This document shows positions 1-8,722 of a stretch of DNA of 64,000 bases, one piece after another. The position numbers and the translations under genes were made by a program. The DNA lies in IMG/VR virus record IMGVR_UViG_3300029922_000001, positions 186,001 through 250,000 of that record; one strand, 5' to 3'. Positions within the stretch are counted from its first letter, which is position 1. Every line of letters starts with the position of its first letter. The notes beneath the pieces were generated by a model, which did no database searches, was not told the origin of the DNA, and saw nothing but the letters and a program-made list of their open reading frames with translations.

Positions 1-1
1 A

Positions 2-145
2 GTAGGTGTTAAACTCGAAAATGGTAGTCTTAAAACGATTGCCAGTATACCTAGTGGAAATGTTGCCGCTGTTTATGACGTAAATATTGTCGAAAGGATA
101 GACGAAAAATTAAAGGAAAAAGCCACAGCATCCAGTAAAAAATAA
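2..145 (+). CDS. 3' end of a hypothetical protein (truncated by window edge)
   Basis: Open frame from base 2 (VGVKLENG...ASSKK) to TAA 143-145, directly followed by the next gene. Confidence 0.6.
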   Translation, partial: VGVKLENGSLKTIASIPSGNVAAVYDVNIVERIDEKLKEKATASSKK

Positions 146-147
146 TT

Positions 148-429
148 ATGTGGTATTCGCCTGATGAAACTAATAAGATAAAGAAAGTAGAGGAACAAAA
201 AGGACCCAATGGGACTTTACTTTCTTTATTAACTAAAAAAATTGTTAAAAGAATTTTGTTTAGTAAGGGTGAGTATCGTATCTATGACGAAGACGTAGAA
301 GTTTTCACACGTAAAATCTTGAATCAAATTCAGAAAAGCTATGGTGACATTGAGAAAATTCGATATAAAATTCCTAATACCGAATTGTTACCCATTATAG
401 AAAAGATAGCCAAACAAATTGTAAAGTAA
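148..429 (+). CDS. hypothetical protein
   Basis: 93-aa ORF tightly packed between neighbours. Confidence 0.7.
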   Translation: MWYSPDETNKIKKVEEQKGPNGTLLSLLTKKIVKRILFSKGEYRIYDEDVEVFTRKILNQIQKSYGDIEKIRYKIPNTELLPIIEKIAKQIVK

Positions 430-445
430 ATTGTATAATTTAAGT

Positions 446-1456
446 ATGCAAAATAGAAAATTTGATCCAGATAGAATTATTGATTATAATGTAGACTATT
501 ACACTATATTAGGCTTGAAGAGAGATGACTTTCCTAAAGACACAAGCCCAAATTCTAAGAGAAAAATTGCCGATTTGCTTGATCGTGCCTACAGAGAAAG
601 TGCAATCATTTGTCATCCTGATAATGGTGGCACAGAAGAAGACTTTAAGAGACTTATTAGGGCACACACCGTTCTTAGTGACCATTTAATGCGTAAAATG
701 TATGATAGTGGCGGTACATATAGACCAAGAACGATAGAAGATGGTACCAGTGATTGGGAAATTGACTGGGATAAGTTAGGAAACTATAGAAAAGGTACTA
801 CAGCAGATACTATTGGATATGGTTTATTTGCCATCGTATGTGACATCATTGACGAATTGAATTTAATTCCAGCATTTTACCCATCTGAGCCTTATCACTC
901 TTATAATTGGGATTTTGTTATTCTTAAAAAAGAAATTAAAGCAATTATCAATGGTAATCTCGTTAAATCTCCTGAAATTCCCAAATTAGCTATTGCTGTC
1001 GTACCAGATGAAGAAGAAGTTTTACGACTTACAGATAGTAGTAAAATTGCAACATCATTGCCATTTAAAATTTATATATATATCCCTCGTAAAAGTATTC
1101 AGCCATTGAGAGCAAATGACGAAGAAATTAAAGGAAATAGTCGCTCATACACTATGAAAGGTCATATGAAAGCTATTACATATTCTGATATAGATTTAGT
1201 AGAAACAACGCAACTTTCAGTTGCTGAAGATTATCTTCGTAATAATTTGATTCATGATTTGGAAAAGTATCGTAATGGAACGCTTGAAAAAGAACAACAA
1301 AAGAAAGATACTGAAGCTAAACGTACCACTTGGATGGACACTGAGCAAATCAAACAAATGGATCAGAACTTATTGAAGGCAATTTTACAGACAAAGGTTT
1401 ACACATTTAAACCTGATCCTACTAAATCTGAGTTTTTACAAAAAATTCCAGATTAA
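446..1456 (+). CDS. J-domain (DnaJ-like) protein with novel C-terminal region
   Basis: YYTILGL...ICHPDNGGTEEDFKRLIRAHTVLSD J-domain with HPD motif; start moved to ATG 446, 6 nt after TATAAT (434-439). Confidence 0.85.
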   Translation: MQNRKFDPDRIIDYNVDYYTILGLKRDDFPKDTSPNSKRKIADLLDRAYRESAIICHPDNGGTEEDFKRLIRAHTVLSDHLMRKMYDSGGTYRPRTIEDGTSDWEIDWDKLGNYRKGTTADTIGYGLFAIVCDIIDELNLIPAFYPSEPYHSYNWDFVILKKEIKAIINGNLVKSPEIPKLAIAVVPDEEEVLRLTDSSKIATSLPFKIYIYIPRKSIQPLRANDEEIKGNSRSYTMKGHMKAITYSDIDLVETTQLSVAEDYLRNNLIHDLEKYRNGTLEKEQQKKDTEAKRTTWMDTEQIKQMDQNLLKAILQTKVYTFKPDPTKSEFLQKIPD

Positions 1457-1538
1457 TCATCATGTGGTTGTTAAAAGGGATAAAAAACATATTCTTATTA
1501 ATGACTGGTAATCGTCCCGTCCACCAGGAGGAATTATA

Positions 1539-2060
1539 TTGGCACAACGACATATATATATTTTAGACACTTGTGTATTGCTACACGATCCTAAATCTTT
1601 ATTCAAATTCCAGAACAATGATGTTTATTTACCTTTAGCCGTCATTGATGATCTTGACGACCAAAAGGCTCGTAAAGAAGCTGTTGCTGCGTCCGCAAGA
1701 GAGGTTTTTAGACAACTAAAACCTTTGAATTTGGATCAAATAGGAGATGAAGGCATACCCCTTAATAAAGAAGGTGGTAAATTGTTTATCTATAATCATG
1801 ATAAACAAAGCGAAACCCCTAACATTACACGCATGAATTCAGATAATGCATTAATTGTCTGCTGTCTTGTGTTGCAAGCTAAATTCCCAGATCAAAAGGT
1901 AACTATTGTTACAAAAGATACAGGATTGAGAGTCAGAGCAGCAGCTTATGGTTGTCTTACTGAAAACTATCGTTCCGATCTAATTGAAGATGGAATATAT
2001 TCTGGTGTCAGATATATTACTACAACTTTGATCCCAACTGAAGCTAAGGTTGAAGTTTAA
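1539..2060 (+). CDS. PIN domain (N-terminal half of PhoH2-type PIN-PhoH protein)
   Basis: YILDTCVLLHDP, DNALI, TKDTGLRVRA PIN motifs; AGGAGG RBS upstream; same frame as the PhoH ORF. Confidence 0.9.
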   Translation: MAQRHIYILDTCVLLHDPKSLFKFQNNDVYLPLAVIDDLDDQKARKEAVAASAREVFRQLKPLNLDQIGDEGIPLNKEGGKLFIYNHDKQSETPNITRMNSDNALIVCCLVLQAKFPDQKVTIVTKDTGLRVRAAAYGCLTENYRSDLIEDGIYSGVRYITTTLIPTEAKVEV

Positions 2061-2096
2061 TCTATCAATAAAAAACTTAAAGTAAAATTAGACAAC

Positions 2097-3935
2097 TTGA
2101 ATCCTAATGAATTTGTGATTTTCCAAACTCCTAAAAAGGCAGAAGAAATTGTAACTTCTAAAGTGTATCATCATTTTGATGGATTTCTTTATGAAGTTGC
2201 GGCTACCACAGATACATTTATGGGTATTAAGCCTAAAAACATTGAACAAGAATGCGCAATGCAATTGTTAATTGATCAAAGAATCCACATGGTTTGTTTG
2301 TCAGGAAAAGCAGGTTCAGGAAAAGCACAACCTCTATATTCTCAGGTTTTAACTCCAAGTGGATACGTTGAAATGGGTGATTTAAATAAAGGAGATTTTG
2401 TAATTGGTGACGATGGTTTACCTGCTGAAGTTTTAGATATTTACCCACAGGGTAAAAAAGATATTTATAGAGTTTATTTTTCAGATGGCTCTTTTACAGA
2501 TTCTTGTGATGAACACATTTGGTCCGTAAAAGATGAGCAGGATAGAAATTATAAAAGAGAATATCGTGATTTAGAGCTTAAAGAAATAATGAAAAAAATT
2601 AAAGGTCATGATGGTAGAAAAAACTATTCCATACCATTAGTGAAACCTGTTATTTTTGATGAAAAACAGCATGTAATAGATCCTTATTTGTTTGGGGTTT
2701 TATTGGGTGATGGTTGCATGAAGTTTAATGGTGTTTATTTATCCACTTCTGATAGTGAAATTTTAGAAAGTTTTAAACACTTATTGCCAAAAAACTATTA
2801 TCTTCAACACTCTGATAAATATGATTATAGAATTAATAACATAAAAACACCTGGAGTTAAACAGGAAAACGTTATACAGCAAGAAATTATTAGACTTAAT
2901 TTAAAAGGATCTTCTTCTATTGATAAATTTATCCCTAATGAATATAAGTTCGATTCTGTAGAAAACAGAATTAAACTACTGCAAGGACTAATGGATTCTG
3001 ATGGTACTTGTGATAAATCTGGTCAGAGTATAATCTTTACAACAGTATCTTCTAGATTAGCAGAAGATATGGAGTTTATTGTCAATAGTTTGGGTGGTGT
3101 TATTAAAAGCACCAATCAATATAAAAAATACAAATATAAAGGTGAAATGAAAATTGGTAAAAAATCTCATATATTAACTATAAGCTTGCCGATAGATATC
3201 AGTCCATTCAGACTTAGTAGAAAAAATAATCTTTATATTAATAAATCTAAATATTTACCTTCAAGATATATTACCGATGTTGAATTTATTGGAAACATAG
3301 ATTGCCAATGTATTTATGTTAATAACGAAAGTCATAGATATGTTACAGATAATTTCATTGTTACTCATAATACAATTCTTGCTCTAGCTGCTGCAATGGA
3401 TCAAATAAACGCTGGTGTCTTTAACAAAATAATTGTTATTAAACCAATTGTTCCAGTTGGTGGTAAAGATATTGGTGCTTTACCTGGTGATAAGTTTGAA
3501 AAATTAGCACCTTGGCTTGGACCTATTAGCGACAACTTCGCTCAATTATGTGGTAATTTTGGTTTTCATGGTGCAGACACTTTTGAAGCAGCAGTTAAGG
3601 ATGGTTTAATTGAAGTAGAAGCAATGGCTTATATTCAGGGACGATCTATTCCTAAAACCGTTATTCTTGTAGATGAAGCACAAAACTTAACTCCTAGAGA
3701 AGCTAGAAACATTGTGGAACGTTGTGGAGAGGGTAGTAAAATCATCTTACTTGGTGACGTTTCTCAAATTGAAAACAATTATCTTGATAAAGAAAGTTGT
3801 GGTTTAGCTCATGCTATGAATGGTACTAAAACACAAGATATTTGCGGTTGTGTAACATTAAAATCAGTTACTAGAAGTCCTCTTGCTGCTATTGCTAGTG
3901 AGATTTTCTCTTCTCCCGAAGCACAAGGTAGGTAA
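2097..3935 (+). CDS. phoH: PhoH-family ATPase interrupted by an intein
   Basis: GKAGSGK|T Walker A, GALPGDKFEKLAPW, YIQGRS, ILVDEAQNLT, GDVSQI motifs. Confidence 0.92.
   Translation: MNPNEFVIFQTPKKAEEIVTSKVYHHFDGFLYEVAATTDTFMGIKPKNIEQECAMQLLIDQRIHMVCLSGKAGSGKAQPLYSQVLTPSGYVEMGDLNKGDFVIGDDGLPAEVLDIYPQGKKDIYRVYFSDGSFTDSCDEHIWSVKDEQDRNYKREYRDLELKEIMKKIKGHDGRKNYSIPLVKPVIFDEKQHVIDPYLFGVLLGDGCMKFNGVYLSTSDSEILESFKHLLPKNYYLQHSDKYDYRINNIKTPGVKQENVIQQEIIRLNLKGSSSIDKFIPNEYKFDSVENRIKLLQGLMDSDGTCDKSGQSIIFTTVSSRLAEDMEFIVNSLGGVIKSTNQYKKYKYKGEMKIGKKSHILTISLPIDISPFRLSRKNNLYINKSKYLPSRYITDVEFIGNIDCQCIYVNNESHRYVTDNFIVTHNTILALAAAMDQINAGVFNKIIVIKPIVPVGGKDIGALPGDKFEKLAPWLGPISDNFAQLCGNFGFHGADTFEAAVKDGLIEVEAMAYIQGRSIPKTVILVDEAQNLTPREARNIVERCGEGSKIILLGDVSQIENNYLDKESCGLAHAMNGTKTQDICGCVTLKSVTRSPLAAIASEIFSSPEAQGR
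2325..3371 (+). mobile_element. 349-aa intein with LAGLIDADG homing endonuclease, Ala-start (class 3 type)
   Basis: Starts AQPLYSQVLTP after P-loop Lys, ends VTHN before Thr+1; GVLLGDG and QGLMDSDG endonuclease motifs; HIW / CQC / THN triad. Confidence 0.92.
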
Positions 3936-3984
3936 TTTTTATACACTTTATAGAAAATAAATCTTTAAAGTGTATAATTGAATT

Positions 3985-6534
3985 ATGGCAATTGGTGTTA
4001 ATTGGGTAGTTTATAATAATAGCGCGAATGTGGGCACTAATCCTACAATTGTAGATTATATTAATTTTACAACAGACTCTCCCTTACCCACAAGTACTAC
4101 ATGGTCTACACCAGTGTCTTTTGGTTTTCAAGCAGTTAGTGCGAATCTTAGTAATGTCAATCTTTGGGCAAATAAAAACATTATTGATAGAAATACGTTA
4201 AAATTTATTGATATGTCTCCTAAGCTGTCTGCACCAGCAGGGTCGGTAACATTAAATTTTGGCGGTTCAGGTTCTTTGACTGGATCTTATTTTTACGCTG
4301 TTACTTTTGTGACCGCAACAGGTGAAACAAACTTGGGTGGAATTAGCAGTATTAGTCTTACAGCACAACAAGTTAATATATCAGCTATTCAGATTGATTC
4401 ATCTGGTTTAGCTATTGCAAGAAATATATATAGAACCACTGCTGGTGGATCAACTTATCATTATTTAACAACGATTGCAGACAACACAACTACTACGTTT
4501 ACAGATAACATTCCTGACTCGAATCTTCCTACAATTGATTCTACAACAATTAGTAATACCACAGGATTGAATTTTTATAAGCTTAAAGCTTTAGATTTAG
4601 ATGCACCATATATTTTTCAAGTAGATTATGCAACTTCGGCTGTATATCCATTTTTTGAAACAGGTAATGTAGATCAATATGCAACATTGGGGACTCCTGT
4701 CACAGCGGCTAGTTTTATTATTGATGGTATTACCATTTCTACATCAATAACAGGCAGTAAAATTATATTACTTAAAAATCAAGGTTTTCCAGGTGTACAC
4801 GATCCAATTACTAATGGTGTTTATGTTCTAAATCATGGTTCTGGAACGTATACACTTACCAGACACCCTTTCTTTAGTACACATTTTAATTATTTAACTG
4901 ATGTTAAGATACAAGTGAATGGTGGAACTACGAACGCTGATACGTTTTGGGCGTTATCATTCTGTGCTGTTGATCAATTTTCACCACCATCCCCAAGTGC
5001 TAGTTTTAATCCTTTAAATATGGAATTTATTGCTTCCAGTTTATCGTCTGCCGCAAATGCGATCAGTGTTTATGCGTATCAACTAAGAAAGCCAACAGAA
5101 GCTTATGTTCCATATCCTACTTGCTCTATTAATATTGAAACGAATTTAACAACTGATAATTTAAGTGATTTATATACTGTTAATCTTCCATTGCGCCAAC
5201 AAGGTGTTAATTTAAGTAATAATGATGAAATTATTCTTTCTGGTCAAACTAATACTATACAAAATGGGTCTTATTTGGTAACGAATGTTAATTCCATTAA
5301 TCAAACTTGTAATTTGTCTAGAAAAACATCTACTAGTGAATTTTTAGCACCTGGTTTTAGTTTGATTTCAGGCGAAGGTGTAAATAAAGGTTTGTCAAGT
5401 TGCTTGTTTGCTTCTTGTGTTCCTCAAGAATATTTAGTGGCTAATTTACGTTTAACTAGTGCGGAAAATGCATTAACAGGTGGCAGTTATACTCCAAATG
5501 ATTTAGTGTACAATACTGCATTAATTGGCTGGAATAGTGTTTCGGTTTGTTATCAATATGACACCACAACGGTTGCTTCTAGTTTCACAGGTCAAAATTC
5601 ATTTATATTGGTCACTTCCGAACCATATGGCGGTTATTATGTACGTGTTGGATCATCTGCTATATTTAAACAGCATAATCCTTATCCTTTATGGCACATG
5701 GTAGTGAAATATGTATACACTCAAAGTGGTGTATACACTCGCACTGATCAAGTGTCTTCATTTACTTCAGGTAGCGTTACTATACCAGTAGGCTATACAG
5801 TAAGTTACCTTAATGATAAGGTGGTAGATCCTCTAGGTAATTCTACTAATCCATTTAGGGTGTCTTTAAACACATTTAATCATTATGAAGCAGTACAATA
5901 CACTCCAGTATCAGGCGATACAATTGCACCACCATCTCCTGCTATTCCAGGCTTTCCAAATGCTTTTGTATTAACAACAACCAATCCACCAGAGTTTAAC
6001 TTCGTACAATGGGCGGCTACCGCAACACCTACAGCAAGTGAAATCAATACTACATTTACAATTTACTATGTTGAGTCATCAACATTAGATCAAAAACAAT
6101 TTTACATACCATATAGCAGCACAGTATTAAAAACTGAAGGTGCGTATTTATTTAATCCTATATATGATTTTAGATACGTAACCTATTATGATGGAACCAA
6201 CTATTATTGGTTTACATGGGAAATAAATACAATGACAGATAGCACTACTATTTGGCATCCGTTTTTTGTGTTCCGCAATGACGTTTTTGGTTTTACTTGT
6301 AAAACTTTATACCCTTCGGATTACGTTGATATATCTGATGTTTTTGGAAATCCTTTGATGTTGAATTTTTGGAATTATGCTCCTATTATTTCTGATAATG
6401 CTTTAACAAATGGCACGTTTAGCATGGACGTAAATCAAAAATCATACTCAGGAAGGTATTTAATGAGCTATCAACAGCCACCAAATGGCAATTATCACTT
6501 AACATTAAACGCAACTTTAAATAATTCTATTTAA
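3985..6534 (+). CDS. putative virion structural protein (beta-rich, Thr/Ser-rich)
   Basis: 849 aa; contains a module also present twice in the 27242 fibre gene. Confidence 0.6.
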   Translation: MAIGVNWVVYNNSANVGTNPTIVDYINFTTDSPLPTSTTWSTPVSFGFQAVSANLSNVNLWANKNIIDRNTLKFIDMSPKLSAPAGSVTLNFGGSGSLTGSYFYAVTFVTATGETNLGGISSISLTAQQVNISAIQIDSSGLAIARNIYRTTAGGSTYHYLTTIADNTTTTFTDNIPDSNLPTIDSTTISNTTGLNFYKLKALDLDAPYIFQVDYATSAVYPFFETGNVDQYATLGTPVTAASFIIDGITISTSITGSKIILLKNQGFPGVHDPITNGVYVLNHGSGTYTLTRHPFFSTHFNYLTDVKIQVNGGTTNADTFWALSFCAVDQFSPPSPSASFNPLNMEFIASSLSSAANAISVYAYQLRKPTEAYVPYPTCSINIETNLTTDNLSDLYTVNLPLRQQGVNLSNNDEIILSGQTNTIQNGSYLVTNVNSINQTCNLSRKTSTSEFLAPGFSLISGEGVNKGLSSCLFASCVPQEYLVANLRLTSAENALTGGSYTPNDLVYNTALIGWNSVSVCYQYDTTTVASSFTGQNSFILVTSEPYGGYYVRVGSSAIFKQHNPYPLWHMVVKYVYTQSGVYTRTDQVSSFTSGSVTIPVGYTVSYLNDKVVDPLGNSTNPFRVSLNTFNHYEAVQYTPVSGDTIAPPSPAIPGFPNAFVLTTTNPPEFNFVQWAATATPTASEINTTFTIYYVESSTLDQKQFYIPYSSTVLKTEGAYLFNPIYDFRYVTYYDGTNYYWFTWEINTMTDSTTIWHPFFVFRNDVFGFTCKTLYPSDYVDISDVFGNPLMLNFWNYAPIISDNALTNGTFSMDVNQKSYSGRYLMSYQQPPNGNYHLTLNATLNNSI

Positions 6535-6544
6535 TAAAAGGTAA

Positions 6545-7087
6545 ATGAATGATGGTTTGAGAATAGAAATAATAGTTGGAGGACAATGCGAACTAATGTC
6601 TAATTTGAAGGAAGAATTTTTAAATACACTGATGGAACTTGCACCAGATGTTGATGGGTTTGATGAACAAGAAAGCATCATACATCTAGCTATCTCTAAG
6701 TATAATAAAATTACATCTAATAAAAGGGTGAGCGGTAAGCTTACATCTAAAATTAAAGAATCACAAATTGTAGATTCGTTACTTTATGCTCTAGATACTT
6801 ATGAAGATAAATCTGTCATTGCTAATAACTCAACAAAAGATTTAGATCGTATATTAAGACAGGCTTATAGAAACTCAGATAATATTGGCTTTGACTTAGT
6901 GGATGACAATAAAGATTTACATGTTTTCTTTGACGAAGAAGGTGTTGATGATCGTGATGAAGACGTGGAAGATGATGAAAATTATACTATTCACGACGAA
7001 TTGCATAATTCAGACAATAATAAACTCGAAGATTGCTTTGAGAATTTAGTTGGTGGAAAACACAGAAGTAACTGGAATATAGTTTAA
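6545..7087 (+). CDS. hypothetical protein, acidic C-terminus
   Basis: 180-aa ORF, AAGG RBS. Confidence 0.7.
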   Translation: MNDGLRIEIIVGGQCELMSNLKEEFLNTLMELAPDVDGFDEQESIIHLAISKYNKITSNKRVSGKLTSKIKESQIVDSLLYALDTYEDKSVIANNSTKDLDRILRQAYRNSDNIGFDLVDDNKDLHVFFDEEGVDDRDEDVEDDENYTIHDELHNSDNNKLEDCFENLVGGKHRSNWNIV

Positions 7088-7887
7088 TGAGTTTAATTGA
7101 TTTACGTTTAGTATATGCACAGGCACAAGCGCCACAACAACCTATGCCAGAAGATCCAATGGCAGCAATGGGTGCTGACCCAATGGGAATGGGTGGAGAT
7201 CCTGCAATGGGCGGTGGAGATCCAATGGCAGCAATGGGCGGTGCTGGAGGCGCACCACCAGGTGGAATGGATATGGGAATGGGTGGAGGCGGTGAAGGAA
7301 CTGCTGAAATGGCAAACCCACAAGGTGCTGATCGTCAAGAAATTGGTGGACCACTAAATGAAGTTGCATTAGTACTACACGATTTTGATATTCAGCAAAA
7401 AGTAGAAACTACAGGTAAAGATCCAGCTAAATTAGCTCAAGAAATTTGGATAGCTTATGGTGGTGATAAAACAGGTGGAGTAGTACCAGGTAGAGTAGGA
7501 CAAAGAGATCCTGATCAAAATGTACCAGAGGATCAAATTGAAGCAGAAAGACAATCTACTGAAGATACTCGTTGGGATAGATTACCTAGAGGTTTAAATA
7601 TTGCACAAGTTATTTTAGGTTCAGATGATCCTCAAGATAAAGCAGATCCACAAGAAGCTTTTAATACACTGGAAAAGCTTTGCCAAGGTATGTTGATTAG
7701 TTCCGCACAAAGTTTAAATCCTGTTTATCAAAAAGCTTATGGTGCCCCACCCCCTGCTGCTGGTGGTGGAGGAATGCCTACTGCCAGTGTTAAATATTGG
7801 TATAAATTAGCAAGCAAGTATGATCGTGGTAATAAATTGCGTTCAGCCGATTTAGTAGATAGAATGCTTGCCGCTTATTTAGTTTAA
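7087..7887 (+). CDS. hypothetical protein with Met/Gly/Pro low-complexity N-terminus
   Basis: MGADPMGMGGDP repeats; C-terminal WYKLASKYDRGNKLRSADLVDRML motif. Confidence 0.75.
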   Translation: MSLIDLRLVYAQAQAPQQPMPEDPMAAMGADPMGMGGDPAMGGGDPMAAMGGAGGAPPGGMDMGMGGGGEGTAEMANPQGADRQEIGGPLNEVALVLHDFDIQQKVETTGKDPAKLAQEIWIAYGGDKTGGVVPGRVGQRDPDQNVPEDQIEAERQSTEDTRWDRLPRGLNIAQVILGSDDPQDKADPQEAFNTLEKLCQGMLISSAQSLNPVYQKAYGAPPPAAGGGGMPTASVKYWYKLASKYDRGNKLRSADLVDRMLAAYLV

Positions 7888-8583
7888 TTTAAAAAATTGA
7901 TCTGAATTCAAATCATTATTAGTATTGCAGTAGCCAACATTATCTTTATTGGCATATGATGGAGTCATTGTTGTTATATGAATATCAGTCCACATAATAA
8001 GTCCCTTTGCACCATTTCTTGCTTGGAATGTAGGGTTTCCAAAAGAAGAAGGAATAAAATAAGGATTGCCTATTACTTGATTTTGATTCATTAACGCGGT
8101 AGTTCCAAAAGCTATTGTTGATGATGGGTAAGATATTTCTTCTAAACCTACACCTTTATAAGTTAAGGTTATTGTTGGTAATTGAGGACTTAGATAAAAA
8201 TAGTTATAGCCATAACCATTAAATCCAATCCAGTCCATTATGTGATTATTAAATAATGGATCTTGATTAATAGCTTTTGATTTAGTATAAAGAGATAAAA
8301 TTCCTTGATTATAGTCTAATACACCATTTTGGTATTTAGCCCACCAAAATATAGAGGTATTGGTGGAGTCATCAAATATGGCAAATGGCATTGTGTTTTC
8401 ATCATAATCACTATTGTATAGTTGCCAAGCGTAACCGATTTGTTTTAAATTAGAGGTTGATTGCGTCATTAGTGCTTGTCTTTTGACGCTACTGAATACA
8501 GGAAACAAAATCGCGGCTAATAAACACAAAATTGTGATTACCGTCAGTAATTCGATCAACGTAAAAGCCTGTTTTTTGTTCAT
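7879..8583 (-). CDS. prepilin-type N-terminal cleavage/methylation domain protein (DUF1559-like)
   Basis: A|FTLIELL cleavage motif, LAAILFPVF hydrophobic helix, SNLKQIG..WQLYNSDYDE, degenerate H-X9-DG-like C-terminus (ARNG...WTDIH). Confidence 0.9.
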   Translation of the reverse strand: MNKKQAFTLIELLTVITILCLLAAILFPVFSSVKRQALMTQSTSNLKQIGYAWQLYNSDYDENTMPFAIFDDSTNTSIFWWAKYQNGVLDYNQGILSLYTKSKAINQDPLFNNHIMDWIGFNGYGYNYFYLSPQLPTITLTYKGVGLEEISYPSSTIAFGTTALMNQNQVIGNPYFIPSSFGNPTFQARNGAKGLIMWTDIHITTMTPSYANKDNVGYCNTNNDLNSDQFFKLN

Positions 8584-8722
8584 GGTGTTGTTTTCTGAGG
8601 CAATATCTGTATTATACCATGTTTTTCAGTCACTAATGAAATTTATTTTTTAGATTTTTTCTTAAAAATCAGTTAAAACAAGGCACAGTGATGGAAAAAA
8701 TCGCTATACTGACTTATAGAAC

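Noticed and set aside
2058-2060. Stop-codon reassignment (alternative genetic code) suggested by the in-frame TAA
   Set aside because: TAA, TAG and TGA all terminate well-conserved genes elsewhere in the window; a single case does not indicate recoding
7108-7369. Three overlapping short ORFs in other frames within the Met/Gly-rich gene
   Set aside because: By-products of low-complexity GC-richer sequence; no start signals
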